A stretch of 62,663 nucleotides of DNA, filler included, from Rhabdomonas costata (Eukaryota): the NCBI GenBank assembly GCA_019059605.1. It is 33 parts of 33 records of this genome, joined end to end, with 100 filler letters (N's around TTAATTAATTAA, not from the genome) between each part and the next. Parts side by side here need not be neighbours in the genome. Positions count along the whole stretch, not along the records: positions 11,407 to 13,209 come from JAHMHO010008820.1; positions 13,310 to 15,112 come from JAHMHO010008821.1; positions 15,213 to 17,013 come from JAHMHO010008822.1; positions 17,114 to 18,917 come from JAHMHO010008823.1; positions 19,018 to 20,820 come from JAHMHO010008824.1; positions 20,921 to 22,723 come from JAHMHO010008825.1; positions 22,824 to 24,626 come from JAHMHO010008826.1; positions 24,727 to 26,531 come from JAHMHO010008827.1; 25 more parts are not named here. The stretch is one strand, 5' to 3'. The position numbers and the translations under genes are program-made. Under the pieces are notes generated by a model, which searched no databases, was not told the DNA's origin, and saw nothing but the letters and a program-made list of their open reading frames with translations. This document shows, piece after piece, positions 11,844 to 25,940 of the stretch (position 1 is the stretch's first letter; each line of letters opens with the position of its first letter).

Positions 11844-14800
11844 GTGCGTGTCGCTGTCTCGATTTCTCTCTCCGCTTTTTACTGAAAGGGTCAGCACAAA
11901 ATTGGGGAGGGACTATTTATAATTGAGGCTCATTGTCGTGGCCTCGGTACGCTCTGCCACTCACGTTCATAGAGTCTCTCACCAAAATGGAGGGAGATAA
12001 GGGGTGCCTGCCTATCAGGGGGCTGCACACGCGGTCCAAATGCTGCACCTTCTGAAGCCTAAAAGTAACGGTGCTGATCACCTTCCGCATGGACGGAGGA
12101 AATGCCCTATTTCCTTTGCAAGAAAATGCGGAAATGGACAGAGCGCCTGGGCTTTTCTACTTTTGTGCTTGGCTCTAATTTGCTCATGTGAAGGCACGTT
12201 ATCTGTCCGCAGCAAGGCGGTCTGAATTCCTTGAGAATTCCTGGTACCGCGTGCTTTTTTCACACCTCACGTCGCATCGGGTGAGTTTGAGGGCACCTAA
12301 GGTCACCAACACGGGTCAGCTTAATTCAGAGCTCAGCAGAAAATCGAAAAGGTGGTTATGGAATGAGACTACGTTGTTGGTTTTGACCAGCGCAGAATGA
12401 AGAGAACGGCCCAATAAGAAAGCCTCAGGAGTATGGCTGGTTCGCTTAGGGATAGGCGGCAGTAAAAGCGCGAAGATTCCAAGCACTGACTTTCATGACT
12501 TTCGTTGTCGTTCTCCCCTTTGGTCAATGCAACAGTTGCGCTCCGATGGGATGCTATTCCTTCCGTTGCCCTGTCTTCCTCTCACACAGCCCTCCGAGGG
12601 GGACTCCAGCTCTCGCAGCGCGTGGTCCAAAAACCCGGTGCCCAGGTCCTCCAGCGCAACCAGCAGCCGCCGTGGGAAAAAGGTGCTCTGGCTCCCCCAT
12701 GCGTGGTTTCTCGGGCAGGTTGCTACACCATACCTTACGCCATACCTTACGCCCGCACTACACCCTACACCATAGGTAGAAAGGCAGTAGGGAAAGGAAA
12801 AGATTTCTTTCCCTCCCTCTTCCGCAGTCGGCCTGCACCCATCACAGCTATGGGTGATGGGTGGTAATGTGGAGCTTGAGGAGGAGAAAGGGTGCCACGC
12901 ACCCGCATGTGCCCCGTATTTGGCGTGGAATCTCTGCCAACCTTTCATGCAATTCTTTGTGAATCGGTATATTTTGGGGGAAAACGCGGATCATATCAAT
13001 CTATTATGTTGATATCTGATCCGTGTGGTTTCAGTGAGGTACAGGGACCCACCCCATAGAACGTGCACTTTCTTGGCCGAGAGCTCGTGTGTGGTGGTGG
13101 TGGGGGGGCTAGCACCCTAACAATTTAGAAGAGAATCAGAACGCAGATCTCGGCCGAAGGGCTGAGAAGACTATTCATTCGTCAACGTGAGCTGCAGCGC
13201 TGAACTTGTNNNNNNNNNNNNNNNNNNNNNNNNNNNNNNNNNNNNNNNNNNNNTTAATTAATTAANNNNNNNNNNNNNNNNNNNNNNNNNNNNNNNNNNN
13301 NNNNNNNNNGGGGGGTTCCCACCTGCTTTTGAATACACAATTTGCACAGTTTGTTCGCGCTTATTGGGCAAAGTGGTGCGGCGCCCTTTACCGTGTGGCA
13401 GCCTCTGCAGAATCAATAAATACGCAGTGGCTGCCCGCACCGCCTGACGAGGTTGGTTTTTCGTCCGTGATCATTGTGGACACCCTTCTCCCGTTTCCTT
13501 TTTGGCTCTGGTTCTGGCTCTTCGGCCTTTAGTCCGCTATTGACTGGCGGGAACGCCACCCTCGCCATCGGTTCTGGCTTCGCCGTGTGCCTTGCAGACT
13601 CAGTCTGCCCAATTACGGAGTTGGGAAGTGGGCGGAAAACCTCCCCGTCGAAGTCCCCTTCATCTTTGGTAGAATCGCTAGGGGCGGCTGCAGACGGGTA
13701 CTGGGAATGTCACCTGGTGCGGCACGAGCCAGGAGTCAGGGGTTGCACAGGAGGGAACCTTGCCCGCGAAAAAGCAAAAATAAAAAAAGTAATGTCGAGA
13801 AGGTGTTTGTAAATTAGGTGGATGGTAAGTGGAGGGTAGGGTTCAGCGAAGTTATGTTGAGCAAAAAAAGCGCAATGGAAAGAGCGCAGTGGGGCACTCT
13901 GCGGTTGCCCCACAAAAGGCTTCATCAATACAGGGGGAACAGGGTGATCCGTGGGTTCCATCAGCAGTGCGCCAAATGATGCGTCTGGGAAATAAACGTG
14001 GTATAATATTGCAAAATTAACTATTTTTTGAAATATTTTTACATTTTACATCTTGCATCTTCGAAGCGAGAAAGGACTCCGTCCTTGAACGGAGTCCTTG
14101 AAATGGCAATTCAATTCAGGCAACAACACTGCGGTGGCAGAAAAGAAGACAACCATTCCTACACCCGTGCAATATTGGTTCTGGCAGCATCTAGCAGTAT
14201 CCGAAACACAGGTTTACCAAAAGAAGTTCTCATTCTGTGAAACTCAAGTGAGCGCATGTCATTGCTGCTGACAGCCCTCATCAGAATTTTGGTGCACCTC
14301 ACTTCCCACCCACCCATCTCATTGCTGCGTGATTATATAACGGACTGCTGTGCAGACCCCACAGCGATGAGTTTGCATATCGAAGCCTTCTGGTGCATTA
14401 CCTGCACTAACTGAAGTTTCATTTCAAAGTGCAATTCTACCAAACGCACCCAATGCTGTTTCATTTTCAACTCAAATTTGCATACGAAGTCGCGACCCTC
14501 CCAAGGAACCGAAGGCTGCTGTTGTTCTCAGGGGTGTTATCATGGAACAACGAACGTATCAACCATGAGAGACTTCGCGTTGAAAAATTGGGGGAGGGTG
14601 AGGATGCCTTTTGCCTTCGATTCCCCGAGCGACTGCCCAGCACTTCACGATCTGCGCCAGTGGTGAAAGGCTCAGGCTGGGACATTCTTCAGCACATTAG
14701 ACGCAATCCAACAACCAGTGATGACCCTGTGGCGAAAGGAAAAGAAAGGAAAAGGAAAGGACATCGCGGGGCCGGGAGGGGGGCGAGTGAGAGGAGTTTT

Positions 14801-15522
14801 TCAGGCGAAAGGTGCGTAATTTTTGGCACTGCATATGGCAATAATAAGCTTAACTTTACATTTTGTCATCCTGCGTGTCGCCGAAAATGCTCCTGTCACC
14901 AAAGTTCAAGTTACCGCTGCTTTTTGGCCAGAAGCAGTACGCGAGCTAGCCGGTTCTTTAATACTTATATCCCTGGTGCACTGGTGTGATGACCAGGGAG
15001 GTTAAGTTAATCGTATCCACCTCCCTCCCTGCCTCTCCGGCATTGCGTAGGATGCAGATGCAGCCGACTCAGCTGGAGGGGGTTGTCGCCGTGCCCCCGG
15101 TACACACCCCACNNNNNNNNNNNNNNNNNNNNNNNNNNNNNNNNNNNNNNNNNNNNTTAATTAATTAANNNNNNNNNNNNNNNNNNNNNNNNNNNNNNNN
15201 NNNNNNNNNNNNCCCACCAAACAGAAGGTAAAAGGTCAATATCTGTTTATCCATATTACGATTATTCTTTTTTTTTTTTTTGCGTTTATAGCTCTCTGGC
15301 TTTTATTATTCTTTAAGGATCGTAAAAATGTCCCTGCACTTGCTGAGAAAAGGAGAAGCTGATCCGAGAAGCGGGGGCACTTGTTGCAAAAAGGGCAATC
15401 AATCCAACAAATATTTCCGCCCTCTTTGGTTAATTTGTTCCTCATGAAGTGGAATTGAACCTTTCCAGATGAATACAAATGAATACAAACAGTTTCCAGA
15501 AATCAAAGCAAAGAATCCATGC

Positions 15523-16346
15523 CTGCGAAATCACCAGTCCACTCGTGTCATTGCCAAGGTCTTGAGAAAGACTTCCAAGCCCATTCACCGAAATCACACC
15601 CACCACAAACCGAAGTGAAGCTTGCGGCCGCTGCCGCCGCCGAAGCTCCAACACTGCTGCAGAAAGCGAGGACGAGGAGGAAACAACAACACTGCCTGGG
15701 GCACCAATGGAGAGCTCGCCCCAAGAAGCGCTGACACACTCCCGGACATCGACCCACCCATCGCAACGGCAGCTCGAAGGGCAAGCCCGGTCTGAGCGCA
15801 GGCTGCGGAGATCGCGTCCAGCGTCGCCTGCTCCGTCACCGAGGGCTCGTACAACACAGAGATCAGCTCACGCGAGAGGCTGCGCCGAAGGTACTGAACC
15901 ATCGCAATGCTCTCATCAATCACTGAGGACCGAAGGTGAACCACGCTGACTGAGCTCCCAGCACTCCCACTGCGAAGGGCATGCGAGCCGTTCAAAGGGG
16001 CAATGCTGGGGACGCCAGCGGCAAGCGCTATCTCCACGCTGAGGTTGACGGACAGGCTACCTGTGGCCCCCACAAACCCCAGCACGCCTTGGCTGAGCAG
16101 GGCTTGTGCACGTTGCTGTGGGCTGGAGGAGGTGTCCTGGGCCAGGGCAAGGCTTCGACTGCAGGCAGCCAGCGAGGCGTTGGCCTCCTGGAAGGCCAGT
16201 TGGATGCCCCTCTGGACGTCTGCCGCCTCCGCAAGGCCGTCATCGCTCAGAAACCCAAAGACAAGCAACCCGTCCGCAGCGGCTGGGGAAATCTCCTTCA
16301 GTAAAATGAGAGCAAGGGGAAGAACGGTCGTTCTCGGCAATCCCAT
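15523..16346 (-). CDS. Signal peptide plus Venus-flytrap (branched-chain amino acid periplasmic-binding-type) domain, typical of receptor adenylate cyclase ectodomains; one frameshift near 15680
   Basis: MGLPRTTVLPLALILL.. then VQRGIQLAFQEANA..GVLGFVGATGS..AAGVPSIAPLNGSHALR..VVHLRSSVIDESIAMVQYL..ISVLYE..PQAVLL. The expected continuation (..LSQDLGNDTSGLVISQ) is in another frame and ends at CAG|GCATGG. Confidence 0.82.
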
Positions 16347-17113
16347 GGCAAACCGGGAGCCATTGAAAATCATGATAAGGCGCTGCTGCGGACTTGACGT
16401 CACGCGACACGGGAAAAAGCACAAGATAAATGATAAAAAAAGAAAAAGCAAGGCGTTTGTCTGGAACCGGCAGAGATCGCAGTGTGCGCAAAATTGAGTC
16501 GACTGTTCGACTGTTTCTCCTTCCATTACAGAACGAAAGGCACCCCGGAGCCCTGGAGGAGAGGAGGTAAAATTCCCCCACAGGAAAAGCCTACCGGTGG
16601 GAAAGTATGCAGCCAGCTGTGGAGCTTAGGGATCTGCTGTGCGCGGTGTAGTTTGAGAACCTCACTTCCAAGCTTCGGTGATGCATTGGGACCCACAACA
16701 TGTACCAAAACCTCTGCGATCATCTGCATCATATGAAAATGCTCTGCCCAACTAGTTCCCTTTTCGCATCTGCCGTCCACTTGCCTTCGACGCTATCCCT
16801 CGATGGGGGGTTGGAAAAAACTGTTAAAGCCGCCTGTGCCCCCCTCCCTCCGGCAAAAAGTGAATGTTGGGGTCACTTAACCTGCCCCTTTCAGCACCGA
16901 CATTGTATACCGGGGAATGGTGCGAGGCCATCCATTATTGCATCCGGGCCATAGACTTGATGGAAAAGACACCACTTGAGCAAAGGCAACCTAAAACGGC
17001 TATAAAAAAAACANNNNNNNNNNNNNNNNNNNNNNNNNNNNNNNNNNNNNNNNNNNNTTAATTAATTAANNNNNNNNNNNNNNNNNNNNNNNNNNNNNNN
17101 NNNNNNNNNNNNN

Positions 17114-17874
17114 TTTGTGTTGTTCCTTGAGGTTATCGAAAGGCGAGATGCAGGCCACGGCACTGCTCGTTGTGCTGGCTTTGGCGCTGAACATTGTGGT
17201 GGAGGGGATGGGCTTTGTTGCCACCCTTGTGGAGATCCCTGTGGTCTCCGACAACGTTCGCAGGGCCGTGACGGCCGATCCACACGCAGGCATGCCGCGT
17301 GTAGTCTTGTGTTGGCTTCAACTAACCTGGAGATCTCAAGATGACGGGGTGAGACTTGAATATTTGCACGGCTATGTCTTCAGTTTTTCACACCATCCTT
17401 CTTGATGTTACTTTAGAAGTATCCAAAAAAATCACACTTACCCCTTTGCAAACCTCCACTGTAACCACCAGGTAATTAATTCCTGAGTTTCAGAAAGTGT
17501 GGAGCAAGGAGAAATTTGAGTTGAACCAGTTATCCTCGTTGTGGCGTTGGTTGGCGGCTGGCTTTGTTCCATCTCTGTGTATTTAAGGCTATGTGTGGGC
17601 AGCGGCGGTGATGGCGTTAACTGTTGCGGCGCTATGGTCGCTGATCTCGGTGCTCTTCCTGCACGGCGCGCCCTCCCAAGCCCTGGGCATTCTCTTTGGG
17701 TTGCTGAGCTACCACCTCGTTTTGGTGCGGCAGTTTATCCGAGCGCATGACCCCTCGGCCAGCGAAGGGATTCCCACAGAGGTGGTGCGGGGGGCCGTTG
17801 GCGCCCACGGGGTTTTACTAGTGGCCTCCTTGGTTGGCGTGTGCGCAGCCATTGCTGGGATGAGCACGGCTAAG
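17114..17874 (+). CDS. Multi-pass membrane protein of unknown family, partial; exons end at 17289 and span 17588-17874
   Basis: Hydrophobic segments in both exons. A GC-AG intron 17290-17587 joins them in phase (PHA-G-YVWAAAV). GT donor at 17875. Confidence 0.65.
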
Positions 17875-20800
17875 GTTAGGGTGGACTGACTCGACGTAAC
17901 GGTCCTCCGCACTTGCACACACACATCCACAACCTTGTCGTTCTACTGTGCGATTTGGAATGCTCAACAGTTTTTTTGTCGATGACACATTCCCACCTTT
18001 GCTACAATACCTCCTCTATTCCGTGGCATTGCTAAGGTTGCCAGCGCAAGCGTCTTCTGCGATGATCGATTGTCACGTCGGAACGTGAAATTGTGAGATT
18101 AACGGTGAACATTTCACCGTACTGTGGCTTACTTAATGCAGGGACAGTAGAAGCTATTTTTAGGGTCATTTCGGGTTGATGTTTTTGTTTTCAAATTGCC
18201 TTTTATACGTGTGGATGCTAAGCCTAAACTTTCGAGGAGGCAGGCGCAGCGCAACTGAGCAATACCCCTTGAGTACTTCATATCGGAACTTCGGAATAGT
18301 TGTAGAGAGGTAGAGAAGTCGTCGAAAATACCTGCTTGCCTCCAAAAAATATACTGGCAAGATGAACTCGCGCAGCGTAAATGGGAAGAGGTTTGGGCAT
18401 TGGCAACTACTTCTCTTTGCGGTGTTTGGAGGGGGGACGCGTCTCCCAGGCTCACCCACTAGCCTTGACGTCCGTGCCTGCGAAGCGTGCCGGGCGTCCG
18501 GGCTCCCTTGTTTTTTTTTGGGGGGGGGGTTACCTCGTTGGAGTCGATGCTAGTCGATGCTCACGCGTCAAGGCTGGGTGATCTCATCCCAGTGCCTTCT
18601 TAGACCGGACCGGATCCGACCAGGCCAGACCTTGACCTTGAGCTAGAATGGGGCTCATATTTGGCGGTATTGTCATACTTCTGGGATGGGTTGGCCGTTT
18701 CTGGCCTCGGAAAGGTTCTATACGCCGAGTATGGCCCCTTCCAGGTCCCATTTTGGCCCTTATAAGGTCCCTATCTTTTAAACTCATTATCTAGAGCGTG
18801 GGTTGCACTTTTTGGCCTTTTTTAAAGGGCGGAATGCCAACATTAGGTCGCATCCCTCGCACACACACACACACACACACACACGAAGTAGACCAACACA
18901 CCAAACACTCCCAACACNNNNNNNNNNNNNNNNNNNNNNNNNNNNNNNNNNNNNNNNNNNNTTAATTAATTAANNNNNNNNNNNNNNNNNNNNNNNNNNN
19001 NNNNNNNNNNNNNNNNNGGTTGTGGGGGTCGCCGCACAGCGTTCTGACTGTGGGCTGTGTGGCTCGTAAAGACGCGCCTTTGAGCTCCGGATGTGAGAAC
19101 GGGTGGAATCGGTATTCGCGGGCGTTGCCACACCACTCTGTGATTGCAATGCCACCTCTTCCTGCACTCCCTTGGGGCTGCCTCTGTGATTCTTCGCCAC
19201 TTACGGTCTATTCCTGTTGGTGACTACAGAACGGCTATCATTATAGGAGGTGCTCGACGGTCTGCTTCTTCCTCTGCGCTCTGTCTTCGTCTCTTCCACA
19301 GGGTTGGGGTTGTTCCGGGAGTTCCACACGCGGATACTCGTGATACTTACAGGCAATCCCATCACCGCATTCCTGGAGCACACCCATCTTTGACTTAGAG
19401 CTTCGGTCCTCGAGAACCTCCCAGGGGATGCTGAGGTCTTGATCTCCGCACCAATCTTTGCCTGTCCCTTTATTCATCCCTGATCCCTCGCGCTCGGTAA
19501 TGTTGCCTGCCGCGTATATACTGCCCCGAGACCCGAGTATCGAGTGCACCAGCGGGTGCTTTCTATGCCTCTTTTTAAGGCGGGCCGCGGTGTCGCGTTT
19601 TTTTGTTTATGTGCGCGCCAGTTGTGTGTGGCTGATGGGACGGCTCCTCTAAATGAAGGGTCAATGCTATAAACAGGTAGGGAAAGCAGGCCACTCCGTA
19701 ACGTTTCACATCAAACAACACATCGACGGAATCGAAACAATGATGGAAGCCTTACTATCGGGGCCTTCCCTTGCTCAAAAGCCTCCCACACAGTCCCGGA
19801 TGCCCCCCTAAAAAAGAAACGCGCGCGAAGCAGCACTAGAGATGCCTCAGTGTATAAGCCCCCCGAAATCACTGCGGAAAACCATTCCCATGAGCATACC
19901 GCTACGTGGCTCATGCCTTCTTCATAGAGGTGCTGGCACTTCACCAAAAGGATTCTCCGGAAGTATTTCCGCATCTGTGAGGGAGCCCGAGGAAGAAGAC
20001 GGCACTGTCTCGAGCAGAAGGGCTTCTTGCATTTTTCTGATGTCGGGGGGTTGGGCACGCATCAAACGTGTAGCACTACCCAAAGAAACACTCCCAGGGG
20101 GGCACAACAAATCACCGATCCCACCTTCCCCCAAAAAATATAAACTCCAACAGGATCCTTTCCAGAGTAAAACGGAAAATATTTCCGAGACATTCTGGCA
20201 CTCCTTGCCCGAGGGCTCTTTTCGATTGAAGGACACAGTCCTCCCCGTGAATTCTTTCTTGCACCATGACCTTTCCTTGCTCGCTTTTGAAGTCTCCAGA
20301 AGCCCCCCCCCCAATGATACATACAATACAGCGACCATGCAATGCTCAAGATTAGCCAAAAGTAGGTATAACAATTGCCAAATACTTTTCCTTTTGGAAA
20401 AATCAGGCAAAAAAAACATACGCGCAAAAAAACAACGGTTTCCCCGTGGTACCCCGCGAAAAGTCAATGTTTGCATTTTGACACCGATGGTGAGGGTGCG
20501 GTGAGGTCCGAAAAATGCACAGCAACTGCACCTAGCCCCACAACAGATCTTCTATCTTGTCCTAGGGGACACGTGCGACACCTCCCACTTCCCTGCGAAG
20601 TCTCCTTTCTCGTTCTAGGAGGTGAACGAGGCACCAATACTGTGGGGTGTGTAAACCTCCCCAGAAAATTCCATATGACTCGGGGTGACCCAGTGGCAAA
20701 TGTAACGGAACCGTAGACGTCTGTGCGAATGCACCTCAAACAGGGAAGCCATTTGGTGAAAAAGAAAAAAGAAAAGAGCTTTCTGCACGAAAACCTCCAA

Positions 20801-21106
20801 GCAAGCTTCCCCCCAACCCCNNNNNNNNNNNNNNNNNNNNNNNNNNNNNNNNNNNNNNNNNNNNTTAATTAATTAANNNNNNNNNNNNNNNNNNNNNNNN
20901 NNNNNNNNNNNNNNNNNNNNGGCCGCGCGTTTTGCTTCTGCACTTTCTATTTTTATTTTTTTGTTCCCTGCTGCTTAACAACTAACATCATTGCTGTCAA
21001 ATATCATAGCTGTTCAGATGCAGAGTGGATGATGATTAGGTATTTAGGCCCCGTTCCAACCTACCGCAGTGCTCAGAGAAGCAGTAAAACTCGCCCATCC
21101 ACACAC

Positions 21107-22723
21107 CGCTTTGTTTCGCCAGCATCTCCTTCACAAAGGAGTCCATGGGCTCCACCATTCCGGCCGCGAGCATTGCGCGGGCGACCGGGGAAACAACCTC
21201 AGGGTCCACCTCCACCTCCAGCCTAGGGAGCATCTTCAGAGCCGCGGAGGCGCTGCTCAAGTCCTGGCTGCTGATGTGGCCACTCAGCAGTTCATTGAAG
21301 CACCGCCTTGGGTTTTTTGAAATACAAAAAGTTGCGACCTCTTTAAGTTTGTTTTTGGGGTCAACATTGGGCAGACAAGTGGGTAGCAGTACACCGTACT
21401 TAAGTGAGGTGGGAATAGGAGAATTGGCAGCGGAGGGGTCAAGGAGTGAAGGCCAGGAAGCAGGAATATAACGAAATGGTAAATTATGAAACCACCCAAC
21501 CAACTGAGTTGGGTGTAAGGGGTAACACTGGTACGGCTGAGCACCGAAATCGGCTCGAATCCTTATCATGGTCTAGCAGCTGGTCTAGATTGGGCGTTTG
21601 GTTCAAGGCGACTCTGGCTCCACCCCAGCCAGGTCTTCTCCTGTGGAACATGGGGGCCTGGTGCCTGGTTGGGGTCATATGTTGCCTCGGCGCGCTTAAA
21701 TGGCCGGAGTCTCGTTCCATGGCGAGATTTTGGCTACGGGGTGCACGTAAACACACTCGCTCACGCTCACTCAATCAGTCACTCACTCACTCATGCTGGG
21801 GAGACTCACCGAGCCGCCTCGGGATTCCCAGAGGCCCGCAGAAGGGTAGGTACGACGGCAAGAGAGGGCTCGCTGCCGCACGACAGGGCTAGCTCCAGGC
21901 ATCGCGATGGCTCCAAGGGCTGACCCAGCGCCGCAAGTACCCAGCACGTGCGCTCCACCTGGGCCACGTCTCCTGCCCTGACGTAGAGATCTGACAGACA
22001 AACAGGCAGCATGACGGGTTGGTGTGGCAGCTGACATGAATATTTGCTTTCGGTGTGAATTGGGGTTAGGTTTCAGATTGTGTGACGTTTTTTTCAGATT
22101 GTGTGACGGTTAGTGGGCAGGCGATTCAAGTTAAATGTGAGCGGGCAGAGCGGGGAGACGGCGAATGAGTCCATGATGGATTGATCTGTGCTGGGACCTT
22201 GCTTCCGTTGCGGCAGGCAACCAGGTGAACTTTCCCCACTTTAACTCCAGGACGAGCTGCATTGGCACATATGCCAACCATTCGTCAGCCCTTGAGAGGC
22301 ACTGACATTGGAGACTGCTTTGGGAAAGTCGAAGAAAATCTTGAAGCCGAGGGGTGAAGGTGTGTGTCATTACCCAGCAGCAGATCAAGGGCCTCAGGGT
22401 CGTCCCAGGGATGGCCCGCCTGCCGAAGCCGCTCCAGCTCTTCCTCCACTCCGCTCACATCGCCGTGCTCCACGCATTGCCGCAGGGCAGCCAAGGCCCC
22501 GCGGCCGCCCTGTCCACCCCGAGTCGAAGATCTCTGCACTGCATTCGTGGAAGGGCTCTGAGTCTGTGGCTGAGGGACCAGCCCCCAGGCTTTCAGGAGG
22601 GCAGGCAGGGAAGAGGCTCCCGGGGGGAGGGCAGCAGCGTTGATCTCTGCGCAAGCCTTCTGCAGCGCGGTCAGAGTGGAGGACTCCAAAGGCGTTTGGG
22701 CGGCCTGCAAGGCCTGAAGCACC
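21107..22723 (-). CDS. Alpha-helical repeat protein, degenerate PPR-like, partial; exons 22723-22374, 21990-21810, 21306-21107
   Basis: GT-AG introns join in phase. Units of about 35 aa such as ALDLLLDLYVRAGDVAQVERTCWVLAALG and CFNELLSGHISSQDLSSASAALKML..VDPEVVSPVARAMLAAGMVEPMDSFVKEM resemble PPR motifs. Confidence 0.6.
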
Positions 22724-23222
22724 NNNNNNNNNNNNNNNNNNNNNNNNNNNNNNNNNNNNNNNNNNNNTTAATTAATTAANNNNNNNNNNNNNNNNNNNNN
22801 NNNNNNNNNNNNNNNNNNNNNNNTGTGGGCAAGGTGTGCGCATCTGAACGGGGTGGGAGCAGTGAGCGACTGTGGGATGAGGGAATGAGAGGAGGTCAAC
22901 CGCCTCGTGCCAATGCAACCCGTACCTTCACTCATTGCCTCACCAGCACATGGATTCCGATGGGTTCCCATGAAGGAGAAGGCAAGCGGGAAAAAAGGCG
23001 GAGAATACGGCAAGCGGGTTTGGAGCGTTGCAATCGTCAGCCAAATAGTATTCATTCCGGTGTGGTCACTTCCCTTCCGTTCGTCTACTTTGTCCACAAT
23101 GAACCATGGAGCGGTGAAAGTAGGTCTGCCCAGATTCTAATATACAATAAACGGGCATGAAACAAACTGACTTCAGCGAAATGCTTCCGAGCGGATTGGC
23201 AAAGACTCTCCACATAAAGGGC

Positions 23223-23262
<40 letters not shown>
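23223..23262. repeat. (ATG)13 microsatellite
   Basis: Read directly from the sequence. Confidence 0.95.
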
Positions 23263-25140
23263 GCACCCCAGGTGGTTAAAAAAAGAGGACTGAGGTTGCT
23301 GTTCTCTAGCCGCCAGCCTTGAAACAAAAAAGCCACGGTGCTGCCTGAATGACATGAGAAGACATGCACTGAACAAGAAGCAAAGCAGAGAAAAAACTGA
23401 ACAAGCATGCTGCAACACGAGTCCAAAAAAAATACTTTCATCTAGGACCAATCTGACATGGGGCAGGGATCAAAAGTGAGACTGACGACGGAGAAAAAAG
23501 GAAGGAAGAGAGACAAGCAAAGCAACTCCCAACTTGCCCATACAATTGCTCAAGACTCACGCACTATGCTGTGCATAAGTGCGCTCCTTTGGCTTGTTTG
23601 TTGAAAGCTCGACAACTAGACCCCTGTGGACTGGGAGAGGATCACTACTGAAGTGTGGTTTGGAGGCGAGCGCACTGTGAACGGAACGCCAGCACAAGAA
23701 AACGCATGGTGGAAAGAACATGGCAACCCTAGGAGAGACGTCACCCTTCTCCTTCACTCACAAGTATTTCTGCAGAAGAACCTGCGCACTCTGCTTTCAC
23801 AGTCAGATGAGCAAAATCAGCGGCTCGGCTATGAGGAGACAGCATATTTACAATGCAGCCAACCGCCTTGAAGACAGGAAGTCTTGCCCATAATTCCAGC
23901 GGACACTTGCGAGCTTCGCGGTGCTGGTTTTGGTAACCTCGTGCACCACGCGAGTGCAATGGTCAGCTCTGAGACTGGCAAGACCTCAGGAAAGAGGGAG
24001 ACAACTGAGCAATCACTACAGAAAGAAGAGGCGAGCTACTGTACAGCGTTGTGCAGGAGGGTGGGCGTGCTCTTTCTCAACGTATATCCTCTGCCTCACT
24101 CAGCACTCGCTGGGCAAACCGGAATTCTTCCGAGGACAGCATTGCCTACCCATGCATTTACGCCCGAAGATAGAGGGAAAAAAGATGAAGGCCGCTACCC
24201 AGAGAATTGCAGACTTGCATGTGGGAATGCCAGAAAGGCTAAATTTCACCCAGGGCGTGAGTCTGGATAGAGTAAGGCCTCTTTTCATGGCAACCTTGGA
24301 TCGGAGGTTGGGGAACCACTGAAGAAGAGATGGCAGGAGATGGGTTTGGAATCCCCACGCAAAGCTGTACATCAAAAGCAACAAAGAGGTTCAGGGGTGA
24401 AGTGCAGGATTCAGGTGAGTTTGAGGTTTCTGGTGCGCAGTACCCGTATGTCAAGGGTTCATCCCCGGTGCGTGTTCGCGTGTTTTTCTTTGTGAAGAGA
24501 TCCCCAGCACATCTTAGTGCTTTGGGAGGTGGAGAAAAAAAGGGAGGCTGAGGGCTTGCCATTCGAACACAGCCAACCAACACCGCTACTTGCCGTATGT
24601 GTCAGTGCAGACTGCTACCCAACCACNNNNNNNNNNNNNNNNNNNNNNNNNNNNNNNNNNNNNNNNNNNNTTAATTAATTAANNNNNNNNNNNNNNNNNN
24701 NNNNNNNNNNNNNNNNNNNNNNNNNNCCTCCTCCTCCTCCTCGGCTCCCTGGGAGAGGTTGGCATACCCCAGAGGCGCCGGGATGGGTGGTGGAGCAGGC
24801 ACCTCGCTGTCGGGAATCGCACAGGCCAGCGCCCACAGCTGGTTGTACTTCGAGGTGCCCCAGATCAGGGGCCTGCTTGGGGTACCGATGGAGGGGGAGA
24901 CCCGCTTCCCAGGCGAGGGGGTGTTCCCCCCACTTCCAGGGCTGCCCTGGTTACACCCGCCAGGGCTACGACCGGTAGTGACCTCCCAGTGGTGAGAGTC
25001 TGCGGGGTACCGAGATAGCTCTGTGAGGAAGGGCCTTTGTGGGTCCCAGGGAAGTCCAGGGCCTTCCTGCTGCGGCTGAGAACCATAAAGAGATTGACCT
25101 ACCAGATGGGTACGACTGGTTGATGACAACTCGGGTCGCG

Positions 25141-25808
25141 TGTAACGCACTGCCTTGCGTGCAATTACCTTCTTTCTTATGTTATGTGGTGTGGTTTGGT
25201 GTGATTTGAACATATTGGGACAAGTTGTGGACGTTTGGGGTGGGATTCGTTGGTTGTGCCGCCGCTTCCTTTGAAAGCCAAAGAGAAAGGAGGTAAGAAG
25301 ACATGTTCGTGGTGCAGTAGCATTGAAATTGCTACCGGACCGCAGGCGGCCCATTTCACCCCAAGTTCGAGTTTGGCTAAGCGAGGCGGTGAGGCAAAAG
25401 ACCCCGCCAAAGGCAAATTAGTCGCAGCCAGCGGCGGAGTCCGCAGAAGAAGTGTGAAGCTCCAGGCGCGCGAGCAAGCGAGGTTGTAAAGGGAAAGGTG
25501 CTTTAGTCCCCTTCCGAGTGTTTCGGGTCGAAGCAAAGGCGTTCAAGCCCACTTCGAGGTGAAGCAAGGCGCAATATCGGGGGGTTTGAACCGCTGGAGG
25601 TTCATAGATTTTCATGACGTGAAGCTTTGGTTGTGCTACTACCCACACGTGGTAGAAGAGGTTTGTTTCCTTCACCTGTGTGGGGAACGCACCGAAGTAC
25701 CGTCTTTACTTTGTGACTGGTTGTCGCAGAAAATTGCCCAATTAGAGCGCAGCGTGCAAGGAAAGGTGTACCCCGTTGGCACGTAGTAACAGAGGTAGTT
25801 TCAGAGCC
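25141..25808 (+). mobile_element. Possible 5' LTR (TGTAAC...GTAACA, 25141-25791) followed by a degenerate primer-binding site
   Basis: TG...CA termini. GAGGTAGTTTCAGAGCC follows immediately and resembles the tRNA-iMet PBS TGGTATCAGAGCC. A gag-like ORF starts about 130 bp later. No second LTR is available to confirm. Confidence 0.35.
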
Positions 25809-25940
25809 ACTGTGCGGCAGAGACTTTGCGGCCTGAAGCACTTTGTGTAACGGAGGTTTTAATTTGGAATTGGGGAAAGTTTGGTTTGTTGTGAAACGCG
25901 GTTGAATGGGAAAGTTTGATTTTGTTTGTTTTAGAAAAGA

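Noticed and set aside
14150-14720. Long near-open frame interrupted by TGA and TAA, suggesting recoding
   Set aside because: No recognisable protein, two different stop codons, and other genes here terminate at TGA. A decayed sequence or chance is more likely.
23066-23451. Poly-His, poly-Ile and poly-Ser ORFs
   Set aside because: They are translations of the (ATG)13 microsatellite with no other coding signal.
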